Assembly: GCF_018350175.1 (NCBI RefSeq)
Contig: NC_058380.1
Span: 91,450,001 to 91,514,000, forward strand
DNA from: Felis catus
Lineage: Eukaryota
Reading direction: 5' to 3'
Length of the DNA: 64,000 nucleotides
Shown here: positions 11,864 to 23,596 of the stretch, in pieces
How the letters are laid out: every line of letters starts with the position of its first letter
Position numbering within the stretch: position 1 is the stretch's first letter
Made by a program: the position numbers and the translations under genes
The notes under the pieces: model-generated
The model's input: only the letters and a program-made list of their open reading frames with translations
Told to the model about the DNA's origin: nothing
Database searches by the model: none

Positions 11864-13105
11864 TCAGCTCTCCCTGCCTCCACTGCTCTTGTGCTCCGAG
11901 GCTGTGGCTTTGGTCAAGTTCCCGGCTTCCCTCTTCAGGACACTAAGCAGAGTCTGTGAGCTTTCCAGGATCTGGAAACGGGGACACGAGACGGCTGTCA
12001 CTATCCCTCTCGTCAGAAGGCTCGCACAGTCCAGCTCTGCTCCTACCAAGCCGGTGCCAAGCCTGGGGCAGAAGCAGGGAGAGGAAGCCCCTGACAGGAG
12101 GGTCGGACAGGGTCAGCAGAGCCTTTAGCCCAAAGCCCCCCTCCTTGCACCCTGGGAAGCCAGACGAGATGAGCTCCGGCCCTTGCTGCCACTCTCTGCC
12201 CGTGGTCTGGGACAAGCCATAAAACTACGGTGCACAGAACAGGACTTGCACTGACAGCCCCACTGTCATCCCACAGCGGTCCTGACCATGTTGTAGTCCT
12301 GTCGCCTCTGCCCGTGGGTGCCCCCGGGCCACCCCCCGCAGGCCACAGGCATGCAGGCTCCCTGCCGGCCCCGAGCCCCACCTTGAGGTAGGCAGCCTCT
12401 GTCTCTGCGATGGTCCGGTCAAACTCGTTGCGAGAAGCAATCTTGCGCGCCAGATTCTCGTTGACTCGGGCCAGTTTCTCCGTCAGCTGCCTCACCTCGC
12501 TCTGCAGCCGCTGCTTCTCATCCTCCTCCTGCTGGATCTGCCGGCACAACTCCTCTCGCTTCTGACACAGCTCCTCGATGCCTACAGTGGGCCGAGCGGG
12601 GCAGGCGCTGTGGACCCAGGGCAGGAAGGACAGCGGCACCCCTGCCACTCTGGAGCCCACTGCTGTGTAGGAGGAGAGGGTGGCGGGAGGCCCGGGGCTG
12701 GCTCGGCCACCTTCCACCGCCGCCAGGCCAGGCTCCGACCGCCCAGGGGTTCTCGGGGTTAGAGAAAGCACCGCACCGGACCAGCGGGCGTGGCGCCCGG
12801 GCGGCAGTGCGTGCTCTAGCCATTCGTTCCTTGGCTCTCTCCACAGATACCCAGGGCTTGGTGCGTGCCACAGAGCGGCCGTGCGCCGGGCAGGTCCGAC
12901 GGCCACCGGCGCCTTCCCAGCCGACACCCCCACGCACGGACCGTGCACCCCACTCGGCCGCGCGCTGCGGGCCAGCTACTGCCTCGGCCTGCACGCCGGC
13001 GAGCCCCGCGCCCTCCCAGCCCGCCCGGCAGACCCCGCCGCGCGGCCGCTCACACTTGACTAGCTCGTTGTTGTAATTCTGCAGCGCCGCGCCCTGCTGG
13101 GTCAT
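11864..13105 (-). CDS. SSNA1: Microtubule nucleation/stabilising coiled-coil protein SSNA1 (NA14/DIP13), 119 aa
   Basis: Exons 13105-13054, 12581-12382, 11971-11864 (360 nt; GT-AG). [119 protein letters not shown]. Confidence 0.97.
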
Positions 13106-13272
13106 GGTCGCCGCTTGGGCCGCGACCACTCCAACCGCCGCCAGCGCCTCGCCGTTCGCGCCTGCGCACTGCCTTCCGACAGCGCGCCCTCCGATACGTC
13201 ACCGCGGCGCGCCGCTCGTGTGCGTCATCGCCGCGCGCCGCGCCGCGAAGCCCTGGGAGCTGGTGGGCGCAG
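13106..13272. promoter_or_regulatory. Bidirectional CpG-island promoter shared by SSNA1 and ANAPC2
   Basis: Only 167 bp between the two divergent start codons; NRF1-like GCGCCTGCGC 13158-13167, ETS/GABP CTTCCG 13173-13178, CRE half-site ACGTCA 13196-13201. Confidence 0.85.
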
Positions 13273-16200
13273 ATGGCGACGGCGGTGCGAGACGGCGACC
13301 CCGGGCCTGCACAGGAACTGTTGGTGGCCTGGAACACCGTGAGCACCGGGCTGGTGCCGCCGGCCGCGTTGGGACTGGTGAGGCCCCGGAAGAGGGCGGC
13401 GGGTCCGCGCGGGGTTCCGGGGACCCTGCGCGCTTTACTAGGACGTCCACCCTGGGGTTCGTTCCGCTGCCGAGGCGGCCCTTCCCTAGCGTCGGCCAAG
13501 CATCCGTGGGTCGTGGACGAGGGGTAGCGGAAATCCCGCAGCTTCCCCTCCGCTCTGTCCCTTTCCCCGCTTCTCCCCGCGTGTCAGTGCCCTTCCCACC
13601 GCTACTCTGTGTCCCCTTCTCACGGTTCCCTGCACTCCAGGCGTCCTCCCGGACCAGCGGTGCGGTGCCGCCAAAGGAGGAGGAGCTCCGGGCGGCGGTG
13701 GAGGTTTTGAGGGCCCACGGTCTGCATTCAGTCCTGGAGGAGTGGTTTGTAGAGGTGCTGCAGAACGACCTGCAGGCCAACATCTCCCTTGAGTTCTGGA
13801 ATACTATCTCCCAGCGTGAGAACTGTGCAGACGAGCCCCAGTGCCTTCTGCTTCTCCTTGACGCTTTCGGCCTGTTGGAGAGCCGCCTGGATCCCTACCT
13901 GCATAGTCTAGAGCTGCTGGAGAAATGGACTCGCCTGGGCTTGCTGATGGGCGCAGGCGCTCAGGGGCTGCGGGAAAAAGTCCACACCACCTTGCGGGGC
14001 GTCCTGTTCTTTTCCACTCCCAGAACCTTTCAGGAGATGATTCAGCGCCTCTATGGGCGCTTTTTGAGAGTCTACATGCAGAGTAAGAGGAAGGGGGAAG
14101 GGGGCACAGACCCAGAACTAGAGGGGGAATTGGACAGCAGGTATGCCCGTCGCCGGTACTACCGGCTTCTGCAGAGCCCGTTGTGTGCGGGATGCGGCAG
14201 TGACAAGCAGCAGTGCTGGTGCCGCCAGGCCCTGGAGCAGTTTCACCAGCTCAGCCAGGTCCTGTGAGTACTCGTGCCTGTGTGGCCACGCCTCTGTTCT
14301 TGCCTCTGGCTGGCTTTCCTGGGTCCAGCTGGCTGGGTGGGGTGGGGGGTGGGGTCTCTGCAGGATCATCCTGGGTGTGGCCAGGGGCGGGTCCCCAGGA
14401 TCCCCGCGCTGTGAATTTATACGTTTTGTCTTGGACACAGGTGTGTGTCTGCCACTCACACTAGCCTTGGGTTTCCGCTCTTTGCTTACTCTGAGACCCT
14501 AGGGATTGCAAATTTTCTGGGCCACGTAGAATTCTGCTGTGCCTTCTGTAGGCTCCCTGGGGAAGGGATGGTGTTCATCCTCTCTTGTAATTGCAAGAGG
14601 TGGGCTTGCTTTTTTTATTCTTTCCAGACAAGTTGGGGATTAGGCTAACACGCTGGGCAAGCAGATTGCTTTTCCAGCCTTTTAAAGAGGAAAGAATTTT
14701 GCTGTCGCCGTTAAAGCTGGGTTCGGAGCTGTGAGCCTTTAATCCTTTGTGGTTGCTGGTAATGATCTTGTCACGTTGAGTGAAGCGGCAGCAGCACAGC
14801 TGTTGGGAAGGGGGAGGGGCTTCTAGCTGGACTGAGGGAGGGGCCCTGTTGCTGGCCAGGGTCAAGGAGGCCCTGGATGGCTTTTGCTGGTTCATCCCAG
14901 ATGCAGGGTGCCCAGAAATGTTCTCTCTCGTTTTCTTGAGTTCATTCGCCGTCGCTGACCAGGGTCTGCACCCAACGGCATAACTGGTGGCGTCTGTGTT
15001 CACGTGGTCAGGACGGTGATACACTTAGCTGTTGCTTCAGAGCCACGTTTAAGGAGATGCGGTTTTAGCCCTGAGAGCCACACCCACTCCTCACATGGGC
15101 AAGGCCAGGGTCTCAGCCTGGGCAGAGAGGCCAACTGGGGAGGGCAGGGCTCTGTCCTGCCCAGCAGCTTTTCCTTGAAGCCTTCAACGGTGCAGAGGGC
15201 GCTGGGTGTGAGGGGCAGCAGGGTACTCCGTGTGCTCCACGAGCAGGGCTGTCCTCCAGACACAGGCTGAGTCTGTTGGAGCGGGTCAGTGCGGAGGCTG
15301 TGACCACCACCCTGCACCAGGTGACCAGGGAGAGAATGGAGGACCGCTGTCGGGGCGAGTACGAGCGCTCCTTCCTGCGAGAGTTCCACAAGGTAAGGAC
15401 AGCCTCTCGGGCCCTGTTCCCTGGGGGCTGTAGAACAGGTTTCTGGCCAACCTGACACCCTAGTGGTCTTAGAAGCAGCCACAGTATGGGGACTTGGACG
15501 AGCTAGGACCTGGCTGGTGGATGAAGCTGTCTTGGTGCTGGGTGGAAGCTGGCCCTTCCCGGCCTGCCCTTGTGACCGCAAGAAAGAGCCCGTGACCTGC
15601 TCAGCAAGGTCTGTGAGAAATCACTTGGCTGGAGGCGGTGCCAAGGTCTGGGGTGTCCCGCTGAGGGGCCTCAGGGCGCCCGTGCTGTTGGGGCGTGGTC
15701 TGGGGCCCTGCCCTGGGGCTCTGCCCTGGTCTCCCTAGAGCCGGGGAGGTGCTGGCCCAACCGCAGGGGACCGTCCAGCCTGCCCCTACTTCCCGCATGT
15801 CATTCTCCGCCGCTTCCTGGTGTCCGCGTCCCAGGGCGCAGACTAGCTGTGGTGGGGGTTCACAGCAAGTGTCCGTACAGCAGCGGTCTGGAGTGGGTGT
15901 GAGACCAGAGGCCTGGCCGGGGCACCTGTGTTGCCCCCAGGTGGTAGAGTATCGGGATGCTGTCATCAGGGGCTGCGTAGTTTGTGGGGGAACGTGTGCA
16001 TCCTAGGCTCTGTGCGGCTGTTTTGCCTATAAGTTTACGCGCATGTGCTCAGAAGGGCCCTTACGTTGTCCCCCGTGGTGGGACTGGTCAGGTACGTGGC
16101 CCCCAGGGTGTGTCTGTCCACCAGGTCAGAGGTGAGCGTTCTCTCCGTGCTCTGCATCAGGGCCACTGTTGCTAAGATAAGCCTGGGCTCTGGTGCTCAT

Positions 16201-19200
16201 TGGGTGTGGGGACACATCGATGGGAGGCCTGGGAGGCCCACTTTGGACCCGTTATCCTGCTGGTTTCAATGTGCTCCCAGTGTCCAGGAGCCTTAGAGAC
16301 TCCCCGAGACTGGCTGCAGTGCGGGTAGCCTCTGCTCCACGTCGGGCTGGGGTTCATTCAGCTCCTCGCCTCCCTACACCTGTGCTCTCCCGACAGTGGA
16401 TCGAGAGGGTGGTCGGCTGGCTCGGCAAGGTATTCCTGCAGGATGGCCCCGCCAGGCCCGCGTCCCCGGAGGCTGGCAACACACTGCGCCGGTGGCGCTG
16501 CCACGTGCAGAGGTTTTTCTACCGTATCTATGCCGGCCTACGCATCGAGGAGCTCTTCAGCATCATCCGAGGTCGGCCCCCTGCCCGCTGAAGTGGCCAC
16601 CTTCCCCGTGCCTTCGCCATTCAGATCCTGCAGGCGGCCAGGGGCACTTAGGACAGACAGTGGTGTCCCAAGCAGAGCTGGGCCCGCCAGTGGGGCCCCC
16701 AGACGTTGCTTCTGGGCGTCCACCCCCATCCTGTCGGCGGCCTCATGCTCCTGCTCTGTCCTTGGGCACTCGGGGGCGGGGCGGGGGCTGGAGGGCACAT
16801 GACCGCCCAGGGACGGCCTGAAGCACCTAGCGGTGTTTCTCATCACTGCTGAGTGGGTCTGGGCCCTGCCGACCTTGTGTCCTTTCTTGCACGCACAGCA
16901 CATGCGTGCTTGCACGTGTGTGTGCAAGGGTCCACACTCTTCCTACAGACTTCCCAGACTCCCGGCCAGCCATCGAGGACCTCAAATACTGCCTGGAAAG
17001 GACTGACCAGAGGCAGCAGCTGCTCCTGTCTCTCAAGGCTGCCCTGGAGACGCGGCTCCTCCACCCAGGTGCCTGAGCTGCTGCCCAAGAAGCCAGTCTC
17101 CTCTGCCGAGGGGCCTGTGTAGGGTGTGGGTCTGTGCGGTCCTTAGGAGCTCCGCCTCATCCTCCCTTGAAGAGAGTCCTGGGAAGTGATGGGTGTGGCC
17201 TGGGGCAGACCGCCCAGTGAGGGGAGGGCTCGGACCTTGGAAAGTTCCAGGGAAAGCACATGAGAGTTAGGGGAGAAGGGGGACAGCGTCCCGTGGGTCA
17301 CAGTGGTATCCTGGGGAGTGAGGTCACAGTGGTGGCCGAAAAACCCACCTGGCCAGGGCGCTGCCGCTCAAGGGACAACTCCTGGGTGCTGCTGTGACTA
17401 CTGTCCTTTCTCCTGGCCGTAGGGGTCAACACGTGCGACATCATCACCCTCTATATATCCGCCATCAAGGCACTGCGTGTGCTCGACCCTTCCATGGTCA
17501 TCTTGGAGGTGGCTTGTGAGCCCATTCGCCGCTACCTGAGGTGAGCCCCGTGGCCAAGCTCCAGGCTGCTGCTCGGACCTGGGGTCCTTGTCTCCTGGCT
17601 CCATTTGTGCAGCCAAGTTCCCCGTGGGTCCTTGTGGCCCCCGAAACACCAGGGACACTCTGTCCCTCCTGTTGGGCCACATGACCTGGCCACGGCCCGG
17701 GCTTCTTCGTCTTGTGGGTGCCACCACGTCCATGGGCAGACACTGGGGACCCCACCCTGCAACCCTGCTCTCTGTTCCCATCCCCTTTTCCTAGTCCATA
17801 GAGGCCCCAGCTCAGCTTTAGCTTACTGACCAAGACCCAGGCTGAGGCCGGGGCGGGGAGGGGACCCCTGTGCATGAACCGCAGTGACTCCAGGCTGTCT
17901 GTCAGAGGACATGTTTGAGCGGGTGCTGGGGCACAGCTGTCTGGAGACCCCTCGGGACAGTAGAGGCTCAGGGCTGGGGCTGGGAGGCATCTGGTGCTTC
18001 CCTGACTCACATCTGCTGCCTCTTGGTTGGGAAGGCCCTGGCCTAGATCCCGTATTATTTTAGTTCTCGGCGTTCCCGAAAACGGTGGGGTTTATCTTAT
18101 TATGATCAGTATTACTGTTTTCTGAGAGAAAGTTTGATGGACCCGTCTTAAGCAGGTGGCCAACGGGGGTGCTGGCTGCCGGGGTGAGGTGGGGTGCCGT
18201 GGTGTGGGCAAACAGGGAGAGAGGTGCCGCGAAGGCCAGCGGTACTCACATCTGGCAGGACGCGGGAGGACACGGTGCGGCAGATCGTAGCTGGGCTGAC
18301 GGGGGACTCGGATGGGACGGGGGACTTGGCTGTCGAGCTGTCCAAGACAGACCCGGCGAGCCTGGAGACCGGTCAGGACAGCGAGGATGACTCTGGCGAG
18401 CCCGAGGACTGGGTCCCTGACCCTGTGGATGCCGATCCAGGTCAGTGCCACCAGCCCCACCTGGCTCTGGGTTGTGGGGGACGCTCCAGCAAGGCAGGCG
18501 TCTGATTCCACAGGTGCCCGAAAGCTTGAGGGGATCAGTTGTCAGCACCCGCCCCGACCCGCTTCTGCAGGGGGCTCTGGCTGGCTTGAGTGGGCCCACG
18601 GTGGCCTGTGTCTCCGTCCGGCTTGCCAGAAGAGCAGATTCCCAGGCGGCCTGTGTACTACCCACCCCGCCCCTCGCCTGGGATCTGGGCCTGGGCCTCA
18701 CGGGCGTGGCAGGGTGGGGCCTGCGTGGGCGCGGATGGTGCTTCCTCGGTCCCTGCGAGATGCCATCGGTGCCGGTCCCCGTGCCGTGCAGGGAAGTCCA
18801 GCTCCAAGCGGCGCTCCTCGGACATCATCAGCCTGCTGGTCAGCATCTACGGCAGCAAGGACCTGTTCATCAACGAGTACCGCTCGCTGCTGGCCGACCG
18901 CCTCCTGCACCAGTTCAGCTTTAGTCCTGAGCGGTGAGGCCCGCAAGGCGCCACTGGGCCGCAGGGGGCGCCGCTGCCTGCTCTCCGGCGGGGAGGTGCA
19001 CCCGTGCTCAGCCATCACCCTGGGGAGGCCTGGGGGGAGGCCCAGGGGCTCGGGGAACCAGATCCCCGGGAACCCCTGGGCCTCAGCCGGGACGGAGTCC
19101 AGGGTCTCGGTGGCTGGAGCTGCACTTCGCGCCTCTCCCCCTGGGGTGTCCCTGCGCTGGGTGGGGGAGGGTGCCCGCTCCGCTACGGGTGCTGCTTGGG

Positions 19201-22200
19201 GTGGGGGCGCGCCACGCCCCCTCAGAGATGCGTTCTTCCAGGGAGATCCGCAACGTGGAGCTGCTGAAGCTGCGCTTTGGCGAGGCTCCCATGCACTTCT
19301 GCGAGGTCATGCTGAAGGTGGGCACGCGGGGCTCCTGCCCACCTGGCCCGGCCTCACCCTGAGCCCAGCCCCGGGGCCTTCGTGAGACCTCGTTCCCCCC
19401 CCCAGGACATGGCGGACTCCCGCCGCATCAACGCCAACATTCGTGAGGAGGACGAGAAGCGGCCCATAGAGGAGCAGCCGCCTTTTGGGGTCTATGCCGT
19501 CATCCTGTCCAGCGAGTTTTGGCCTCCCTTCAAGGACGAGAAGCTGGAGGTCCCCGAGGACATTAGGGAGGCCCTCGAGGTCTACTGCAAGAAGTACGAG
19601 AAGCTGAAGGTACAGGCCACACCTCCCTCCGGTGGCAGGTGGGGGCTGCATCCTGACCTGGTGACCTTTCCGAGCAGGCTGTGCATCGGGACCTGGGTGC
19701 GACCCGCCTGCGCGGCTCTCTGCTGACACCTCTCCTGCGCCTCTGCGTCGGGGCAGGAGGGCGCAGCCCCCGTTCCGCTCCCCTCGTCCCTTAGGAGCCT
19801 CTGCACGTGAGCGTGCACACCCACACTGGGGGAGGGGCCGGGCCGCTTCTGCCCTCTGCGCCTCCGGGTGGCCCCACCTTCCCGGGCTTCCTCTTCCACT
19901 GTCTACTCTCTGACGTCTCAGAACTGGGGGCTGGGGCACCGGGCTCGCCCCGGAGAGAGTCGGGGCTGTGTGTGCCCCATGGGCGTCTGCCTCCAAGCAG
20001 TCTCCAGATTGCTCATGAAGCATTCGACTTCCAGGACTCTGCCCCGGCCTTGCCACTGCCTGGCTTGCTTCCCTAGAAGCTGCTTTCCCAGAGGATGGCT
20101 CAGCCATGCCTTTCTGCTCGGGCCTAATGCGCCTGATGTGATGGCCATGCCTCAGCGCGCTTTGTCCTGACTCCAGCTGGATACTAGAGTGGCGGAGCAG
20201 GCCCCGGGGCTATGCTGGAGGTCGGACCTGTGGCCACAGTGTCTCTGCCTCACACCAGAACTCTTGGCCTGAGGATCACGTTGGACACGTGGGTGGCCAC
20301 GCAGCCCACAGAGTATCCTTGCTTGTGTTTTCTGTTGGTGGCCTTGCGTCTTTCCCGCTGCAGGCTGCGGTGGTGGCCGTACGGTCGTGGGCTTGGAGCT
20401 GGAGAGCCTGTCTGTGGCTCTCCTGCTTGTGACCTGGGCAAACTGTGGGTTCTGCTTCCGTTTCCCCCCTACGAGGTGGGGTTCTCTGTTGCCTCCTCCT
20501 TTGGAGCTGAGGGGGTGAGGGGGTTACTGAAGACTCCCTTGTGTTGGTCAGCAACAAAGTGCCATGATAGGGGCTCAAAACAGTGCAGGTGTATCGTGTC
20601 ACTTCTGGCAGCTGGGTGTCCAGGATCGATCATAGGGCTGCACTCTGTCCAGAGGCTTGAGGGAGGGTTCCTCCTGCTGCTTCCGGCTTCTGGTGGCTCC
20701 AGGCATCACTTGACTTGTGGCCACATCAGCCCAACCTCCGCCTCTGTTGTCACATGGCATTCTCCCTGTGTCTCTTTGTGTCCACGTTTCTTACAAGGAC
20801 ACCAGTCATGTTGGATTAAAGGCCCACCCTATTCTAGAATGACCTCACTTGAACGAATTGACGTGTGGTAATCTGATGTCCAGATGCAGTTACGTTCTGA
20901 GTTATCAGGGGTTAGGACTTTAACATCCTTAACTATGAGGGACGCAGTTCAACCTATAACAGTCCACCCTGTGCCCCCCCCCCCCCCAAATTCTTGTGCT
21001 TCCCACATGCAAAACACACTCATCCAACATCCCCAGAAGTCTTAAGCCATTCCAGCACCACGTTTACATCACCCCACACCTCAGAGTTTGGTATCTGAGC
21101 AGCATCTGAATCGGGCAGGAGCGAGACCGAGCGCAGCTCATCGAGGGCAGTCCCTCTCCGGCTGCGAGCCTGGGAAAGCAGAGCGTGCCTGCGAGCTGTG
21201 GCACAGACCCCTCCGTTCTGAGAGGATGACTTCTCAAGGAAGGAGGGGGTCACAGGCTCAAAGCAAGTCCAAAAGCCAGTGGAGGCACTGCTCTGGGTTC
21301 AAGGCTGTCTTCTGTCTGCCCACCCTGCCAGGCCGGGCCGCTGTACTGCAGTTCTCCCGCTGAGCCCTCCTCAGCTGGCCGTCTCTCCGTTTTAGTCCGG
21401 GTCGCCGTAAAATTCTCAGGAGCCTCGTCCTCCCTGCAGCTCCCAGTCGTCCAGGCCTTTGGCCGTGGGCCCTCACAGACCCCCTTCCTGGACCGCCCAG
21501 TCTGTCCTGGCTCTTCTGAGGACGCTGGTCGGCTCCCACATCAGAGCTCGGGTCTCTGGCGCCCTCTCGGCTCTGTCTCTAGAGCACACAGAGAAGAGCA
21601 GCACCCCTGCCTTCGCGCTGGCTCCCCCCCCCCCCCCCGCCTCACCCCTGCTGCCGCTGCGAGGCCATCCCTCCCACATTTGCGGAGTCTCCTCAGCTCA
21701 GTGTTGGTTCATCGTGCTGGGGTGTGCTTTCTGCCCAGCAGGGTGGTGCTCAGACAGGATCCTGCCACCACATAGCAGGGCCACACTGTCTCCAGTTTGC
21801 CGTGGCCTCTTCCTCCTCGCGACGCCTCTTGTGGCTTCCCTGGCCGTGTCCCTGCCGACAGTCTCTCCGGGGCAATTCAGGCTCTTAGAGGCATGTAGCC
21901 CACAGCTCTTCCAGCCTCTGCCTGTCACCCAACTCCGTGGACTCACACTTCTGGGAATTTGTTACAGCAGCACCCCCTTCCCGGGACCAAAATGTGTCAC
22001 TTTCTCGTGGCTGCCATAACAAAGTGCCATGACGCAGGTGCTTGCGACCACGGAGATCTTTTTCTCCACCCTGGAGGCCAGAGCAGAGGTCAGGGCGTCA
22101 GCAGGGCTGTGCGCCTCCGAAGGCTGTGGGAGAGGGTCCCTCCGCCTCCCCAGCATCTGGTGTTGCAGGCCACCCTCGGTGTTTCTCGGCTTGTGGCTGC

Positions 22201-23498
22201 GTCCCTGCCGTCTCTGCCTGTCTTCACACTGTCTTCCCTCTTGCAAGGGCGCTGAGCGAGCTACGTCAGGGCTCGCTGTACTTCGGATGACCTTGTCTTA
22301 ACTAGGCCCGTCTGCAGCGGCCTCGTCTCCAACCCAGGTCATGTTCTGAGGTCCTGGGGGTTACGATGTTGGACGTCTTTCGGACACCGTTAACTCACGA
22401 GCAGCCCTCATTGTTCAGTCCTATCAGATCGTGGTAGTGGAGGGCGTGGGAAGCGGAGCCCTGTCTTCTTTCCACCCTGCTGCCCACTGCCGGGGGGCGG
22501 GGGGCGGGGGGCGGTGAGGGAGCTCTTCTGTCACCTGGTGCCAGGTGGCGGAGTCTCACTCAGCTGGGCTCAGCCGGGCCCCCGGGCTGCTCGTGCTGAC
22601 TGCGGCCCTCCCCAGGCCATGCGGACCCTCAGCTGGAAGCACACCCTGGGCCTGGTGACCATGGACGTGGAGCTGGCCGATCGTACCTTGTCTGTGGCAG
22701 TGACTCCCGTGCAGGCGGTGGTTTTGCTCTACTTCCAGGACCAAGGTGAACCCACTGGCCCCTGGCTGGCCTGCCCCAGCCTTGCCTCCTGGGGGGGGGA
22801 CCAGTGCCAGGCACTGCTCCGTGTGGCCGGGGGGGGGGGGGGGGGTGGAGGTTGGGGGCGGGACTCGGCCTCCTGGGGCTGCCCCCTGGGAAGGTGAGCG
22901 GGCCGACGAGGCCCAGTGGCTAGTGTTCCCGGCCGCCCCGTGCAGCCAGCTGGACCCTGGAGGAGCTGAGCAAGGTGGTGAAGATGCCCGTGGCCCTGCT
23001 GCGGCGGCGCATGTCCGTGTGGCTGCAGCAGGGAGTGCTGCGGGAGGAGCCTGCCGGGACCTTCTCTGTGGTGGAGGAGGAGCGGCCCCAGGACCGGGAC
23101 AGCATGGTGCTCCTTGACAGCGACGACGAGAGCGACTCCGGCATGGCCTCCCAGGCCGACCAGAAGGAGGAGGAGCTGCTGGTGCGGCCGGGGGCGGGGG
23201 CGGGGGCCTGGCTCGGCCTCTGGTGTGGTGGCCGCGCGGGGGGTGGGGGGTGGCCTGACGGCCGGCCTGGCCTCTGTGTCCCCAGCTTTTCTGGACGTAC
23301 ATCCAGGCCATGCTGACCAACCTGGAGAGCCTGTCGCTGGAGCGTATCTACAGCATGCTGCGCATGTTCGTGGTCACCGGCCCCGCACTGGCCGAGATCG
23401 ACCTGCAGGAGCTCCAGGGCTTCCTGCAGAAGAAGGTGAGGGACCAGCAGCTGGTCTACTCAGCCGGCGTCTACCGCCTGCCCAAGAGCTGCAGCTGA
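13273..23498 (+). CDS. ANAPC2: Anaphase-promoting complex subunit 2 (cullin-like APC2), 818 aa
   Basis: 13 exons: 13273-13377, 13641-14263, 15260-15392, 16397-16571, 16949-17068, 17423-17540, 18259-18440, 18792-18933, 19242-19317, 19406-19609, 22616-22745, 22946-23181, 23286-23498 (2,457 nt; all GT-AG; phases consistent). Motifs ELLVAWNTVSTGLVPP, LLHPGVNTCDII, YRSLLADRLL (cullin homology domain), C-terminal WHB ...LVYSAGVYRLPKSCS*. Confidence 0.98.
20540..22403 (-). mobile_element. Complete MLT1 (ERVL-MaLR) element: LTR 20540-20961, internal region 20962-21992, LTR 21993-22403
   Basis: Both LTRs run TG...CA and carry MLT1 hallmarks ('acaaagtgcc' near the left end; 'ttctgag..gggggttag/ttac' near the right end). 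The internal region ends 'ttgttacagcagcacccccttcccgggaccaa', typical of MaLR-int. Flanking 5-mers are tccct/gccct. Subfamily (MLT1A-C-like) not resolved. Confidence 0.8.
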
Positions 23499-23590
23499 CG
23501 CGCCCACTGCGCCCTTCCCGCGACGTCCCCACGGAGGGAGGGTGGCTGGGGGGGTGCCCCCCGTGCCCCTGCCCGGCCCCCGGAGTGCAG

Positions 23591-23596
23591 AGTAAA
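23591..23596 (+). terminator. Candidate ANAPC2 poly(A) signal (variant AGTAAA)
   Basis: AGTAAA about 90 nt after the stop codon, followed by T/GT-rich sequence (ttctctatcctttccctgtcctggtggctttgtg). Confidence 0.6.
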
